Below, piece by piece: positions 1-13,452 of a stretch of 64,000 nt of DNA. Position numbers and translations under genes: made by a program. Under the pieces are notes generated by a model. It was not told where the DNA came from. It worked only from the letters and a program-made list of their open reading frames with translations, and ran no database searches. The DNA is from Basidiobolus meristosporus CBS 931.73 (taxonomy: Eukaryota > Fungi > Basidiobolomycota): NCBI GenBank assembly GCA_002104905.1, contig MCFE01000456.1, positions 1 to 64,000 of the forward strand, given 5' to 3'. Every line of letters begins with the position of its first letter. Positions within the stretch are counted from its first letter, which is position 1.

Positions 1-2309
1 TGGAGCGCTTAGAGGCCTACTAAGGACCCCTCCATATTTACAGAGTGGTAATGGTTGTATCATTTTGTAATATGTGCCAAACGTAGTGTTGATTCCAATT
101 ATGTTTTTTGCACTTACAAGGAATCCACCGCCTGCGGGGTAAAGTCAACATTACGACTGTAAACCAATAAGTAGGCACTACATAGTATGTAATTGTTAGT
201 CCTGGCCAATCCAACCAAATGAAAATCACCTTGCGTTGGTACACTCGGATTGATCCCATCATGAGTATTTTCGTAGGGCACAGGATAGTTTAATTTGGCA
301 AGAACTCAAGCTCGGTAAGATCATTATCCATACTCATTGAGAGGAAAAAATACCATATCGAGAGCGCTTCTTATCCGAGATACGTCAACTCCGAAAGATC
401 TACATTCTTACGTTTACGGTGGATAGCGTGTAGCTCTGCATTTGGCTTATCGATGCTATGACTACCCGATGCAGGATTAATTTGATTTCCATGTTTGCGG
501 GCATATTGGGGAGGGGGTTAAACGGAGTCAGTCATTAATACCGGTGATGATTCGAAATCTAGGAGAATGTTACTTCGATGAGTTCTATATTATATACGAG
601 CATTTTGATGAAATTAAGAGAAATATCCATGTTACGAGCCGTAACCTTTTGAGAATGTAGAATATGACTTCAGTATCAATTCCATTCCTATTTAAAAGAG
701 TATCATGGAATCCCAGACCATAAGAAGCAAGCCAGCTTATATCTGTTTTCAAACTTGCGGTGAAAACGATACCCAAAACAATGCTTTAGATTCAGATGGT
801 GGTCTATAATCAGCCAGAATACCTCCGTTTAATGGATCTATCATAAAAGCCAAAGTGGCTTTTCCTACCGTTTGAAAATGACAGAGCCAATGAGGACACA
901 ACACAGGTATGAATGCATCAAAGATATTTGAGTGGCGTATATGAATAGGAATGCGATTGACCATTCAAGGGGACCAACTTTTGAACAAACGATCAGCTTT
1001 TATGCTACATAAGGTTTGTTAGGATTGGCGATAGATACTGAACTTAATAGAGGCTTTGAGCTTCAATAAACACTAGCTGGATAAAAGAGGATTGCATGGG
1101 TCGGGAAAACCGATACCCTACCAGGAGAAACCGAGATGGCCAACTGAGCAAATTAAGCACGCTCAAGTGGGTGATGTTTTTCGACATTTCTGGGACTGAT
1201 AATCAAACCAATATGTGTAATCGCAGTTGCTGAATATAGGTGAATTGAACCCGAAGATCCAGTTTAATCCATGAAGAGAACACAACGAGCAAATGGAATA
1301 CTGCGCGGAAAATACTGGAGCCTACCCCCTGGCATGCTCTAAAACCAATGCTCGTGACTCTTATTCATTCTAAGGCTTTGCAATTGAATTCAGGGCGAAT
1401 CTAGATTTTAAGACTTTGAAAATTGGTTCCAACCTCCTTATTTCATAAGAAATCATGATTTAACTTTCCCTATGAAAAATCTCAAACTCGGAATTCATCT
1501 GATTTTCAGCCTGTATTCTGCTGGTATTCTAATGGTATTTTGCTGGTATTCAGCCGGTGTTTTTTCTTCAAATTTTCAGTTGCAATTTTTGATGGAAATA
1601 GTGGACAGCTGATTACCAAGTTTGGTATGAATGCTAGTTGGCCTAGTCTCCTGTTGGAAAATGTGTCTGTTTGTCTGCCCAACAGCTAGTACCTGAGATA
1701 TTGAGAGTTGTCAGTTATGAGAAACTTGAATTTTGGCTGATAATATGACGGTATTCTGCTGGCCTTTTCTTATTTTTTTTCTTAGGGTTTTCCCAAGTGA
1801 GACTAAGATGCCATCAAGGTATAACCGCGTCTGTTTCATGGCAGAACTAACCGCCTTTAATTGGGGAGTATCATACGCCTTTGTTGATGTGCCAGGGTGC
1901 TTTACGGTCAGTTGGCTATTGAAATTGTTTCCTTGTAGCATATAACACCCTGCAGATATCGATATGAAAAATATCATACTGGGATTTCATATAGTATTCT
2001 GCTGGTATTTTAACAGTACTCCTCTAGTATTCTGTTCATGTTCTGCTGATGTATATATAGGCTGCCATCATGTCTGGTAAGAGGATTACTCGGACACAGT
2101 ACTCTACAAATGTAAATATCACTGGAGTTGGTAAACTGATCGAGACCATGTACTCTCCAAGGCATACATCTGCTTATTCCCAGAAAGCCCGGTGTTTCTG
2201 ATGCTGAAAGTTGCAAGTTTAGGAAAAATTGGATTTCTGCTGGTCACTGGTTGCTAATAGTTGATAGTAATCCTAAATCCTTGTATATCTTTATTTTATA
2301 AAATTTTCA

Positions 2310-3160
2310 GTGCTTTAAGATTTGTATTACACCTAAATATTGAATTGGCTTACAGTTCAAGAGTCATGCAGTATTTCACTCAGACTTCTTGTTGAATTGT
2401 TGCAAGAGTCTTATAGATACTGGAAGTAATTGGGAGAAGCAGTAGATTAAGTGGTTTTCACCTAGGGATTCATTGAACGTAAAAGTAGTATTTATACTTT
2501 TACGTGGTCTTGGCAAAATAAACACGTATAATATGTTTAAGAAGGTCCCAAGATCATGTGTGCACGTTTTTGGGCTGTTTGGAGCACTTGTCAACTTTTC
2601 ATGATCTGGGCACCTGATGTTTTGGTGAAAATATTCAAAGTAGATCCCAGCAAGAAACTTGAGCAGAATTCTCCAAGATTTGTAGACTGTGATCTAAGTG
2701 ACTAAGTCAAGTGAGTATTTAGATACAATTACGAAACTTACAATTGAAATTAACTTGGAAATCTTTACCAAAATATCAGACAACTAAGACCTGAGATATC
2801 TCAAGGTTGTCCTAAGGCCCCCAAGCTTGCCCACATGCTCTTGAAACCTTCCTAAGCGTACCATATGTGCTTACCTCATCAATATGCAGTAAAGCTTTGA
2901 GTACCACTTTCCATTCAGTGAGTCAAGGATATTTCATCAAAACATGAAGTGCCCAACAGATGAAGAAACTCAAAGCTATCTGCAAGCCTCCAAACCTTGC
3001 ACAAAAACTCTCAAGACCTTCCTAGACTAGTTCTACATACTTGTTTCGCAAATACCATGCAAAGTATAAATAACACCATACATTCAATAAATCATCAAGT
3101 GAAACCGCATAATCCACTTTTCTCCCAATCACTACCGACATCTCCAACACTCTTTCAACA
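2310..3160. mobile_element. Cluster of degenerate Ty1/copia LTR relics: an older + strand LTR (about 2310-2397 joined to about 2750-2925) split by a - strand solo LTR, followed by another 3' LTR half (about 2965-3160)
   Basis: Segments align by eye to the 349-bp LTR at 49592-49940 (for example tttgtattacacctaaatatt, gtataaataacaccatacattcaataaatc, ctctttcaaca). Confidence 0.75.
2398..2744 (-). mobile_element. Solo LTR of the window's Ty1/copia family (diverged)
   Basis: Starts TGTTGCAAGAGTC and is colinear over about 347 bp with the LTR at 42441-42789. Flanks TGAAT/TGAAA are a 4/5 match to a 5-bp TSD. The right terminus is degenerate. Confidence 0.85.
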
Positions 3161-4562
3161 TTTAGGCAACATTTATGAATGCTATTATGGTGGATGCGCT
3201 GAAGTGATGGAGCGACTGCAAGTTGATGAAAAATCCCAAAATATAAGCAACTAATGACCTTTCAAAGCATAGTTCTATAGAATTATCAATGAACTACCCA
3301 GAGTATAACATTAATTTAACACACTTAACAAATGATAGCAACTCCATTTGCTCACGATACTCCAGCGCTATCAATTGGTATCAGCATGAACAATGATAGG
3401 AATATAGCAGCATTGAAAGTATAAGTCCAGAGATGCTTTAGAATACTGTTTCAGACATGGCTTAATAATGAAACCATGCTTCCCTTTTGCATGTCACATT
3501 AAGTGCATACATACACCTGTACTCATCAACATACAAATATATTCTAAAGCAATTCAACTATAATTCTGGAAAAGAAACATATATGTTTACATACTAATTC
3601 GAGCGGATACGTTGCTTGCGTTTTTGACATGCTATAAAGTTGTAAGCTTTATGCTTTAAGAGGCTATAGTGGACCTTGATGACTTGCATCATATAAAAAT
3701 TATCCCAACTCCCACTCTTCAGAATAAAGTTAAATAGACTTTATGATGTCATAGTATACAAATATGCGCTTCACCAGAAGGCTACAATTAGGCTCAACAT
3801 GCTTAATTCACATAAGGTTCTTTCCCATGTAATACCATTCTGCTATTCCTGGAGCCTGTGAATTAATGATTCGACCTAATTCTCAATGCTCATGACTGAA
3901 ACCAGTTCAAACAAGTTTACCGAGGTATTCTAGAGAGTTACTCTGCTAGGAAATAGATTACCCTGCGAACCAGACTTGTGGTCACAAACGAGAGATGGAT
4001 GAAGAGACTGTTTCTTCACAAGCAGAAAGTAAAGCCTAGGCATAGGGGTAAGTCTACGTCCACTGCATGAAGGCCCAAAGTATTGACCAGTCAACTCACT
4101 GCAACTCCACACTTTCCCGATATATTATTTGTAGATTGAATTCATAGGGGTGCACATCATGTAGTATCATAAGAAGCTCGAGCGTGCCAAAGACATTCAC
4201 ACAAACATCCAAAAACATAATTCCGGGCTACATCGATATCAATCTATACAACTGCGAAAAGTCTGCTTGATCAGCGCATCGCTTGAATTACGAAGCAACA
4301 TTGATTCTACGATGGTATGATATTGGACTGGCTTTTCAGAGATCATCTAAGACGAAAGATTGAGATTATACTTACTGTACGGTTGAATAAACAAGGTGAG
4401 GATCATCATGAAATTGTCCGTTTTGAATAGCATGGGATCTTATGCGACAATCACATTTTCAATATGAATATCATTGTGCACACTGAAGAGGAAATTTAAA
4501 TATAGGGCGGCTTTATTTCTTCCCAGCTTTACTGTGAAAGAGGAGTCATAGAGAAGGGTCGC

Positions 4563-5414
4563 CTAGCATGCGCCCAAATCGATCCATACACTACTGGTGT
4601 CGGGGGTTTCATTTTGATTCCACCATCTAGCTTGCCACAAGTGGCCTTTGTAGGTTACTTTCTGGGACCCATTGTAGCCAACCGAGGCATTCCATGCGGG
4701 GAAATCTTTGCAGGTCCCGGTTCCAGGTGTAGAGGTAGAGGTAGGGGTGGAAGTTCCAGTTGGTGGCACACTAGTGGTTGGGGTGGTGTCCTCCTTCTCC
4801 GGGCGAATGGTAATAGTTGGGCGAGCTGCAAGCAAGTCTCTACCATCATTTGGCCCATCGCGAGGGAATTCAGGGATTGTTGGGTATCCAGGGAGATTTG
4901 CGACCAAAAGTTTAGGGCCAGTGATGTAGCCATCAGCAGTTCCTTGAATCTCCATATCAGCACAGTTCATGTAGTACTCGCGATTACCAATCTTGTTTAT
5001 CCATGTCCAGGCAAAGATCACGTTTTTACTGGAACCCGCAGTGCTAGGGATTTTCACGGAATACTGGGTGCTTGCAATGATACAATTGCTGTAGATCGTA
5101 TCAATCACGGCAAAGGTCTTGCCTTTATCATAGGAAATCGCAAATTGACAATGGCCTCCACTGTGCATGGCGCTACCACCAATTTTCACTTGTACCAAAT
5201 CCCCAGCTTTGACGGTCTGAACAACTCCACCTTGGTCGTATCCTTTGCATGGGTAGATTCCCAAAGGATTTACCATGTTGTAGTCTGGAGTTCCAGTCCA
5301 GGTTGGATTATACCGCGAGCGACGTGGTGGTGGCTGGATCATCTCCATATGGGCGACGGTCAACGCCACTAGGCCAAGGAGAACGAGGGATGATTGCAAG
5401 AGGTTAGAGGGCAT
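4563..5414 (-). CDS. Secreted AA11-type lytic polysaccharide monooxygenase with Thr/Ser/Pro linker and C-terminal CBM5/12 (ChtBD3) chitin-binding domain
   Basis: Signal peptide ends TVA|HMEM, giving an N-terminal His. Second His in SAMHSGGHCQF; FAWTWINKIGNREYYMNCAD carries the axial Tyr; C-terminal AWNASVGYNGSQKVTYKGHLWQARWW is the CBM5/12 pattern. Intronless. TATAAATA at 5458-5465 lies only about 15 nt above the first ATG (5444), so the ATG at 5414 is preferred. Confidence 0.88.
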   Translation of the reverse strand: MPSNLLQSSLVLLGLVALTVAHMEMIQPPPRRSRYNPTWTGTPDYNMVNPLGIYPCKGYDQGGVVQTVKAGDLVQVKIGGSAMHSGGHCQFAISYDKGKTFAVIDTIYSNCIIASTQYSVKIPSTAGSSKNVIFAWTWINKIGNREYYMNCADMEIQGTADGYITGPKLLVANLPGYPTIPEFPRDGPNDGRDLLAARPTITIRPEKEDTTPTTSVPPTGTSTPTSTSTPGTGTCKDFPAWNASVGYNGSQKVTYKGHLWQARWWNQNETPDTSSVWIDLGAC

Positions 5415-5457
5415 TGTCCTGGTTAGAATTCTGGCTTTATTCATTGCATTCCTGCCG

Positions 5458-5465
5458 TATTTATA
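5458..5465 (-). promoter_or_regulatory. Putative TATA box of the LPMO gene
   Basis: TATAAATA on the - strand about 45 nt upstream of the ATG at 5414. Confidence 0.45.
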
Positions 5466-6774
5466 CTTGAACTGAACATCCAGTGACCCATCCTTCTGAT
5501 TCCCTTATTGAATACCACTGCTGTTCCTGGTAAGGGTACCCGAGGCCCACGAAGAGATTGACTTCCTAATCTCGCTCTCGTGCGTGACAATATTCTGTTC
5601 ACACTCATTGCAGAAATGGCTAAATGAATGTCTTCACAAACACCTGCCGATTGACCCATCTCTTGCCTTGAATGGCTGAGATGAAGCTATTAAAAGTGGT
5701 CAGCATGTGCGACTGATAGTTGGGCCATACGGCCGCTGATTGGCTAAGCCAAGTCCTCGACTTTAAATTTTATAGTAATTAAGGTTTAAATCCCGTTTTG
5801 GCTTACCTTGTATAGTAAGATCGGCAGGATGGGAATATACTGGTAAACATTACTAAGCTTCTAGAAGCATGAGGACTTAGCAACCGAACGATTGCAAATG
5901 CACATAAAGGCTAATGAGCCTGGTGCGTAGCAGACGTATCCCATAATGTAAGTAGATTTCCAATCCATGCATCTTCTCATCACAACAAGTGCAGGCATGT
6001 TATTTCAGCAATGTCTTCTGTCATATGATATTTTTCATTTAAGATTACTGAGACGATGAAGGGTGTCTTGCGACAACACAATATTTGATATTGAGCTATT
6101 GGTATAATGCCAACCGGATGACATTGGCATCGTGAGAATCGCATCTACAATGCCACTACATTCTATATCGTTTTCATTTCATTTTATTGATGATGTAGAA
6201 ATGGTAGCTGGTAAAGCGGCAGAGCCGGATATTGGAAATGTTAATGATTCCACTTGAAATTCCTCAAATCCGCAAGTATAGCTGTATTCTAGCGAAACTA
6301 ATCGTAGAGGAAGCTAGGCTGTGTTGATTATGTATATGAAATGTCTTCAAACGCTTGCCTTTCTTAGTACCAATGTCAATAGACATTTCAAGCCTCATTC
6401 TCCATTTGGTACTGGTTTACAGGACTTCATGTACGTAGAACTCACCATAGGGCCATGGTGTGATAAGTGTGTCAATATTTGGGCCGTTTATAGCCTTTCG
6501 CCGTTGTTACAATTCTGAAAAATTCACAGAATATCTTGATCAATTTGTTGGGAAAAAATTGACAAGGCTTCACTACATTCTACATAGCCAGGCCTAATAC
6601 TCGTCATGGTGCAATAATATTGGTATTCATCCATTACTTATCACACTCCTATCCTTTAGTTTTCTGAATGGCGATGGACACAAATCTATCGATTATCATT
6701 TAGATTGCCTTATATAAAATACTCAGTTGAGCAACAAGCCAATAAATTCATTAAACTTAGTTAGTACTTAGATA

Positions 6775-7088
6775 ACAATTTCAGTTCTCTAGAGTTATGA
6801 AAAAATCAACTAAATGCTTTCGCTTAATGGTTTATAACATGCCAAAGTTGTATTTATACTTAAATCATGTAGAATATGCTGAGAAAGGTCTCAAAAGCAT
6901 GTGGGAATAGTTTCGGGTCTTTGAAATAACTCTGAACAATGTCATATTCTGGGTATCTGTCATTGTGCTGAAAATGTTCTAAGCAGATTCCAACAGAATG
7001 TTTGGTCAGCAAATAATAAAGCTCATATACTACGATTCAAGTGACCAGGTTAATGTAAATCTACGGGAGTAGTTACGAAATTTATAGC
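6775..7088 (-). mobile_element. Highly diverged solo LTR of the same copia family
   Basis: Colinear with the LTR (gtatttatactt, gtagaata, aaggtc.caa, tctgggta.ctg, gaaaatgttctaag, tttggtcag, aagtgac) with an internal deletion of about 25 bp. Ends are uncertain. Confidence 0.65.
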
Positions 7089-8088
7089 TTTTCTTGTCAA
7101 TCTCCTTCGATATTCCCCAACATGTTTGAACCGCTGTAAGGGAATAATCAGAATTTATAGGGATAATAGCACAGTGGCAGTGTTTGCTCAATTAGAAATA
7201 GCCAAACATGGAGGTCAGAGGCTTTTTGGGGTCAGAAGACTCAGTCACACTGATCAAATGAATAGTGTGATGTATGACCACTTGGTATATGATAAGCCAA
7301 GATATATATTTGACATAACTCAGTTGACAGCTATATTAGGAACACGTAATGATTTGGAAAATTTGAAGCGCGGTTTTCGTGAATTTTTTGAGTTCAAATA
7401 AATTCCAAGCAATTAGTAAATACTACATAAGCCTCATTTAATATATAGAAAAGTGCACAATCAATACATGGGAGTAGGTGCTAGTCAACTATTTGCAACA
7501 ATAGTTACAGTGCAAACTAATTGTTTGCAACAGTTCCCAGTAAATTCTATATAGATTGCCAGAGTGGGTAGCTGTAATCCCAGGAACTAATACAGGTATT
7601 TTGTGGTGAGATAGTTGATATTTAACTAGGTTGAAGATCCCCATGCTAATAGAAACACTGACAGAATCTTATTTTGTTAATTTTTTCTATTTGTATATTG
7701 ATATGTACTGCACTCTACGGTGAGCATAGGATTCTGAATCGCATCTTTAACTAGAGAGTAAGACAATAGTTCGGTAATTTGTAACTTTTAGATAATAAAA
7801 AGTGTGAGCTCTTCAGAAATATTTTTATTCTGAGAGGATCAACCTTCTCATCCTCTCTCTTTACTTCCGTATATACTTCATTCCCGCATCTCTTTAATGG
7901 CTGAATTTATCATACCAAACCCATTTTTGGAGCTGCAGCATTTGGAAGGACTGAATAGCTTTTCATATAAGTACCAGGATAAATGTATTTTACTAAATTG
8001 AAAAAATTACTAAATATCAAGGTCTAGCAGTGTGCTTGCATTTATTTCGGCGGTAACGTCCACATTATAGATTAGTATGAAGATGTAG

Positions 8089-9348
8089 TCACTCAGCCAC
8101 ATTAGGCATTGTGAAAACAAGCTTTGATTGGTTACTTCTTTCTAGCGTTTCTTGATAAGCTTGAACGATCCTTTCTACACTGTCAAATGGAACTTCGGTC
8201 ACCTCTTTCTCCAGCTTGAATGTTCCATTTTCAAAATGTGGCCTCAAAGTATCTAGCATTCTGGCGCCCTCTGTTGGATTCATCCGGCTAGAGCTAAGCC
8301 CAAGCAAAGTCAAGGATTTGGCATAAAACTTTCGAAGATTGAGTGAGGCGTGCCCGTCTTTGTTATGGACTGCCATCACCACTATTCTGCCTCTACCTTC
8401 AGGACTCAGAATGTCCATCACGTCATTGAGAAGAGTATCTGAGCCATAAGCGTCAATCACTACCGTCAACTTGTTGCGGAATCCAAGATCAGACAAGAGA
8501 CGAGCCGGAGATGGATTGATTGACAAATCAATAGGGATGTGACTGGTGGCCTCAGGAGGAGATTTCGAGTAGGTCCCAAAGATATTCCTAGCTTTGATTT
8601 GCGAGCACAGTTGGAGTGCTGCCGAGCCGATAGCCCCTCGAGCACCTAAAATGGTCGAAGGTGATTTAGTCCCTAGTCTTTTTTGATGCCAATCCAAGTG
8701 GCAGTGAGAAAGACGGTTGCTCATTACCGTCACTTACCAATAATCAGAACGTTATCCTCTTCCTTCACCTGGGCAAGCGTATGTACGGCCAAGTGTGCAC
8801 ATAGCCAAGGCAGACCTACAGAAGCTGCTTGGGCGAAACTCAGGTTTTTGGGTTTTTCGCTCAACGCGTCAATGCCGACCTTGATAAGACTATCCGTGGT
8901 ATGTGTTACTCTCGATGAATAGCCATTCCTCGTGATCCAAAGGATTTACCTTGCATGAGCTCCGTCAGATGTGAAACCAACCTCTCCACCTGTACCCCAC
9001 ACCTCTTTTCCCACCCACTCCTGGTGATTGCTATCAGCCACGGCTTCAACAATACCCGCGAAGTCTCTTCCAGGAGTGCGAGGTGTTGTTGTGAAAGGAA
9101 GCCACCCAAGTACGTTGACGACATCCGACTGCATTTCACCGGACGATCAATAAGAGATGTTAAGGATTGTAGTGTAAGAAGAAAATATTATTGAACAAAT
9201 GTACCAGGTTTATTCCACTGGCTTTCACCCGGATGTAGGCTTCGCCAGATTTGAGCGACGGCAGCTCTACCTTGTCGAGCCTGAGATTCTCAAAAGAACC
9301 AACGCTTGCGAAACGGAGGGCCCGAGCAACTTTAGTCATGGTATTCAT
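8089..9348 (-). CDS. MDR-superfamily (zeta-crystallin/quinone-oxidoreductase-like) NAD(P)H-dependent oxidoreductase, multi-exon
   Basis: Spliced reading GINL|SDVVNVLGWLPFTTTPRTPGRDFAGIV; GTGGEVGFTSDGAHA; KPKNLSFAQAASVGLPWLCA; Rossmann motif GARGAIGSAALQL. GT-AG introns join the ORFs 9160-9348, 8946-9134 and 8089-8733. Confidence 0.88.
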
Positions 9349-10915
9349 TAGTTAGGGACATCTAGCCATATAGATGGACGTTATATACCTCACCATATCA
9401 CATGTCCTGATTCTTCCCAAACTTACTTAGTCACGTGTCCACTATGCAGAGCAGCCTGTCACGCTACTCCGGTAATTTATGCAACAAATTTTTTCTAGAT
9501 CAGACAGCTAATGTTCGCAAGATCCATGCCAGTGTTGCCACAAGATAGATGTCTTGTCAAGCGGATCCGCGCTAGATAGTGAATCTAAGCCCGAGACAGA
9601 ACGTAACCTAGATTGAAACCATGTATTTGCATGGCTAGGTGGTTGGTTCTCAATAGGTGCTCAGCTGAGAGCCAACGATATCTGATACTGCGCCATTTGG
9701 CTTGGCAGATTGCGTTGGGGCTCTGTGCGCCAGAGTCCGGATATCTCTAGGAATTGTACGGTATGGACAAACCGGCAAATAGGCGTGGTTTTGCTCATAT
9801 ATTTAGTATGAAAACAGACTAACCTTCCTCACCTGGATATACTGGTATGCCTTCTACGGTATCATGTGATAGCGGTACGTGAGATGTATACTTGGTCTCA
9901 AGAGATGGTAAACATCATTGATATCCAAGGCACTTCAGTGTTGGGTATGAGCGAATAGCCGTCCGCTTCATTTACTTCAGCCAACCAGACGACAGTCTCG
10001 ACCTATTGTATAAACCTTCCATGCAACGCCAACGGTGTCGTCTATGGAGAAATCCCATCTAATCACAGATAGATTGCTTGGGGAACACAGACGTCAGTTT
10101 CATATGCTGCAGTGTATTCCTACCATTTCGTGCGGATTATCAGCTCAGCACATGTGGTTAGGGAAGTAGCTCTCCATTTCCAATTAAGGCTAATGGATCC
10201 TCGTGATCCATGATCCACCTGTCGATTACTCGCCCTTGACATGTATTGAAAACAGCTCACCAATGTTGGAACAATTTCGCTTCAATCCAATGCAACAAAT
10301 GCCCAATTGCTTGGATGAATCACCCGTTGCTGGATCCGAGACCAAATTAGAGACATTAGGGTGCAAGCCCAGAATTAGTCCAACAAGGCGTGGGGAACAT
10401 GACAGAGAATATGTATGTGCGTGTGAGTGTGAAGCACCCAAGTGGTTTAGAGGGTTACAAGTCCGCCCATTGCCCACCAATTCACGTCTGCATGTTAGCA
10501 ATCATACTCCAGCCTCACGGGTAATCATCCGCATAGCGACCAGATTAGCCGGATTTCAGAACACAGGAATCCTCTTTCATCGGGCCATCAATTTTTAGCC
10601 TGGAAAAAACAGCCATCATCCACGAGTTACTCGGGTCTCGTTTTACATGGATCGAGATTTAAACTGAGGTTGTCATGTAACTAATATCCCTCTTTCACTT
10701 TCGGAATTCCCTAGGTCTTGAAGCAGGTTAGGGTTGTTTTATGTCTACAGATGAGTTGGATGCGCGAAATTGGTTCGAGAGCGACAGTGAGTGCAAGTGG
10801 CATAAGTGGTTCCCTTTTCTATGGTTAGCACACTTACAACCGAAAGAGCCACTCGCATCCATCGTTCGTTCCCCATCCATCCATCCACACATGACCAACT
10901 TTCCTTGAGTGTTGA

Positions 10916-11329
<414 letters not shown>

Positions 11330-11686
11330 TCTGCTTGTATGAAATGATTGTTTGCACGTTCTACTTCAATAAACAATCCAGCATGCTTACTTGCGTACAC
11401 GAAACATCATAGCTGTGGCAGTTATCAGTATTCTTCAAACCTAGGCTATCTGCGAATGGTGCCACTGCGTGAAACCCATGCAGCTCAACACAGTCGATTT
11501 GGGCTTTGAATACCATGCGTTGGGTGGGTTTTCCGTATGGTGGCACACGGATGGATTTGGATTTGATTCTGTTTAGATATCAATCAGAATTGGTCAGTAT
11601 GGCATTATGGTTGATACGCTGCCCACAAATTTCTTTTGTTGCATACATCGGCTTGATCTCTGTTCGAGTCCCCTCCAGCGAATACT

Positions 11687-13452
11687 ATGACTTCATCCAT
11701 GCATATAGTAGACGAGCCAAGTGTATTGAACACCGAGTACTGGTCATACAAAGGGGAGGGCAATGCCAATCTGATTCTTAGTTATGACGGGCCGGATTCA
11801 CTTTATGTAAGTAGGTCTATCTACCGAGGCCCTTCTGCCCTTTTATACTCAAACCTTCTCAGGAAAACACAATATTGAGGCTTCGAAAAACCGAGAAAGA
11901 GCAGGAAAAGCCCACACCTTTAAATGAGGGGTACATCGAAAACCTAGAGTATATAGACAAAGCCATTGGCCCCTTAATTGGGCAGAAGTATGCCGGGAAG
12001 ATGGTAAGACCTCAAGTAGTATCTATTGTTCTGTCTGGCCAAGGTTCCCCTAACGCTACTGCAGATTCTTTGCAAACTTCGGCCTGACTTTCTTGATGCG
12101 CTCTCGAGAAAGATCGAGGGGTCTCGACCTGAATCCAGAAGATTCAAAACCATAGACGTTACAGAGAGTGTCGGTCTAATATGCTCAGACCATTCGAAGG
12201 TTGCCTCAACACTCTTCCCTCCGGAACACGTCCTTTCTATAGAGATCAAGGTATTTCTCCGGCCGAAAGCTAGACGTATTGCCTCCCAGCCAGTAAATTC
12301 ACTCACGTCGTAACCATCTTTCTGTCGGAAAGCCAAAATGGGGATTTCTCCCAAACTCGCCACATATTAGCCAGACCAACCGGGTGAAACGCAAGGTGTG
12401 TAGATACTGCATGCACCAATATCTTAAACAAAAGAAGGACCCTGCCATCACTAGGAGCCATTTCTGTCCGCTTGATTTGTATTCGGAGGACGAACCACGC
12501 GTGATGAAGAGCCTCAGGTGTTTGCTCGAAGTCCCACAGAATAACCTCAAGATTCACTTGAACAATCGACGACTCCTGTTTGAACAAGTAAGGGTTGCGC
12601 TTACCACGAGTCCGTGTGCTACACACCACTGAACCTAAATGTTGCTGCCAGGATGAGGATTTCCTCAGTATGGAGGCTTCGTTGGGGATTGCCCCTACAA
12701 ACGACGACAGTGGACTAAGGTATCTGTTGGGATGCTTGGCAGCACGCACCTCTTAGGAGGCTTACTGATTTGCTTTCACCTAGAAAAGAGCGAGTGATCG
12801 ACTTGTTAACGAAGGCGGTTTCCAAGGCCCTCTTGCATGATGGAATCATGCGGAAGCTAAAGAAGCTGCAGAGTACATTGGATGAGGCTGACATAGAAGG
12901 GATTTTCCCAATATACAAGAGCCTGAGCGAGGAAGAGCAGTACGAATTGAGGGTGTCACCTTTGGAGTGGGAGGCCACCGTAAAGCGATACATGTACAGA
13001 ATGAATGGGAAAATCAGTAGGTTTTCTATCCCCAGCCCTTATAGACTCGCACTGCTAACGAGAGACGATCTCCATACAGAACTGCATGATCTTCAAAGTC
13101 TGTCGAAAGAAGAGAAATTTCAGAAGATTCGGGAATTCATGATCTCCACGACACTGAAGGACTGTTCGGTCATGCTGACCCTGATGTCCTCGAAATTCAT
13201 GCCTGCCGAAAAAAGGTAACCACTCGATCACCACTTCCTGAGCGCAGTATCAGTAACCTTGCTTTTAACAGGCACTTGACCGATGGCGTGTTCAGCTCAT
13301 TTGAAATTGGCGACGATCAATTCTTTCAAAAGGTTGGGCTGGTCGATCTGGACCCCAAAGCGGTCTCAAAGATCCCGCACTATTACAAGTTGGATCAAGA
13401 GATAGTGGCCCATTATTGTGAGCTGGGTGTTAACGAGCCATGCACGCCATAG
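11687..13452 (+). CDS. IPK1: Inositol-pentakisphosphate 2-kinase, multi-exon
   Basis: Motifs YKGEGNANLILSY, LSIEIK(PKWG), CRYCMHQYLK, FCPLDLYS, PQNNLKI, DEADIEG, STTLKDCSVM, VGLVDLDPK. Several GT-AG introns; stop TAG at 13450-13452. Confidence 0.93.

Noticed and set aside
1-965. Possible 5' part of a - strand gene running off the window
   Set aside because: Short coding-looking stretches, but no consistent splice model or recognisable domain.
4614-5372. 252-aa + strand ORF overlapping the LPMO
   Set aside because: Antisense shadow of a recognisable gene with no motifs. The same applies to 10937-11302, 17414-17956, 28731-29063, 32268-32735 and 33691-34101.
11595-11680. tRNA-like GTTCGAGTCCC B-box with a loose A-box upstream of IPK1
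   Set aside because: The T-stem and acceptor stem do not pair, so no cloverleaf forms.
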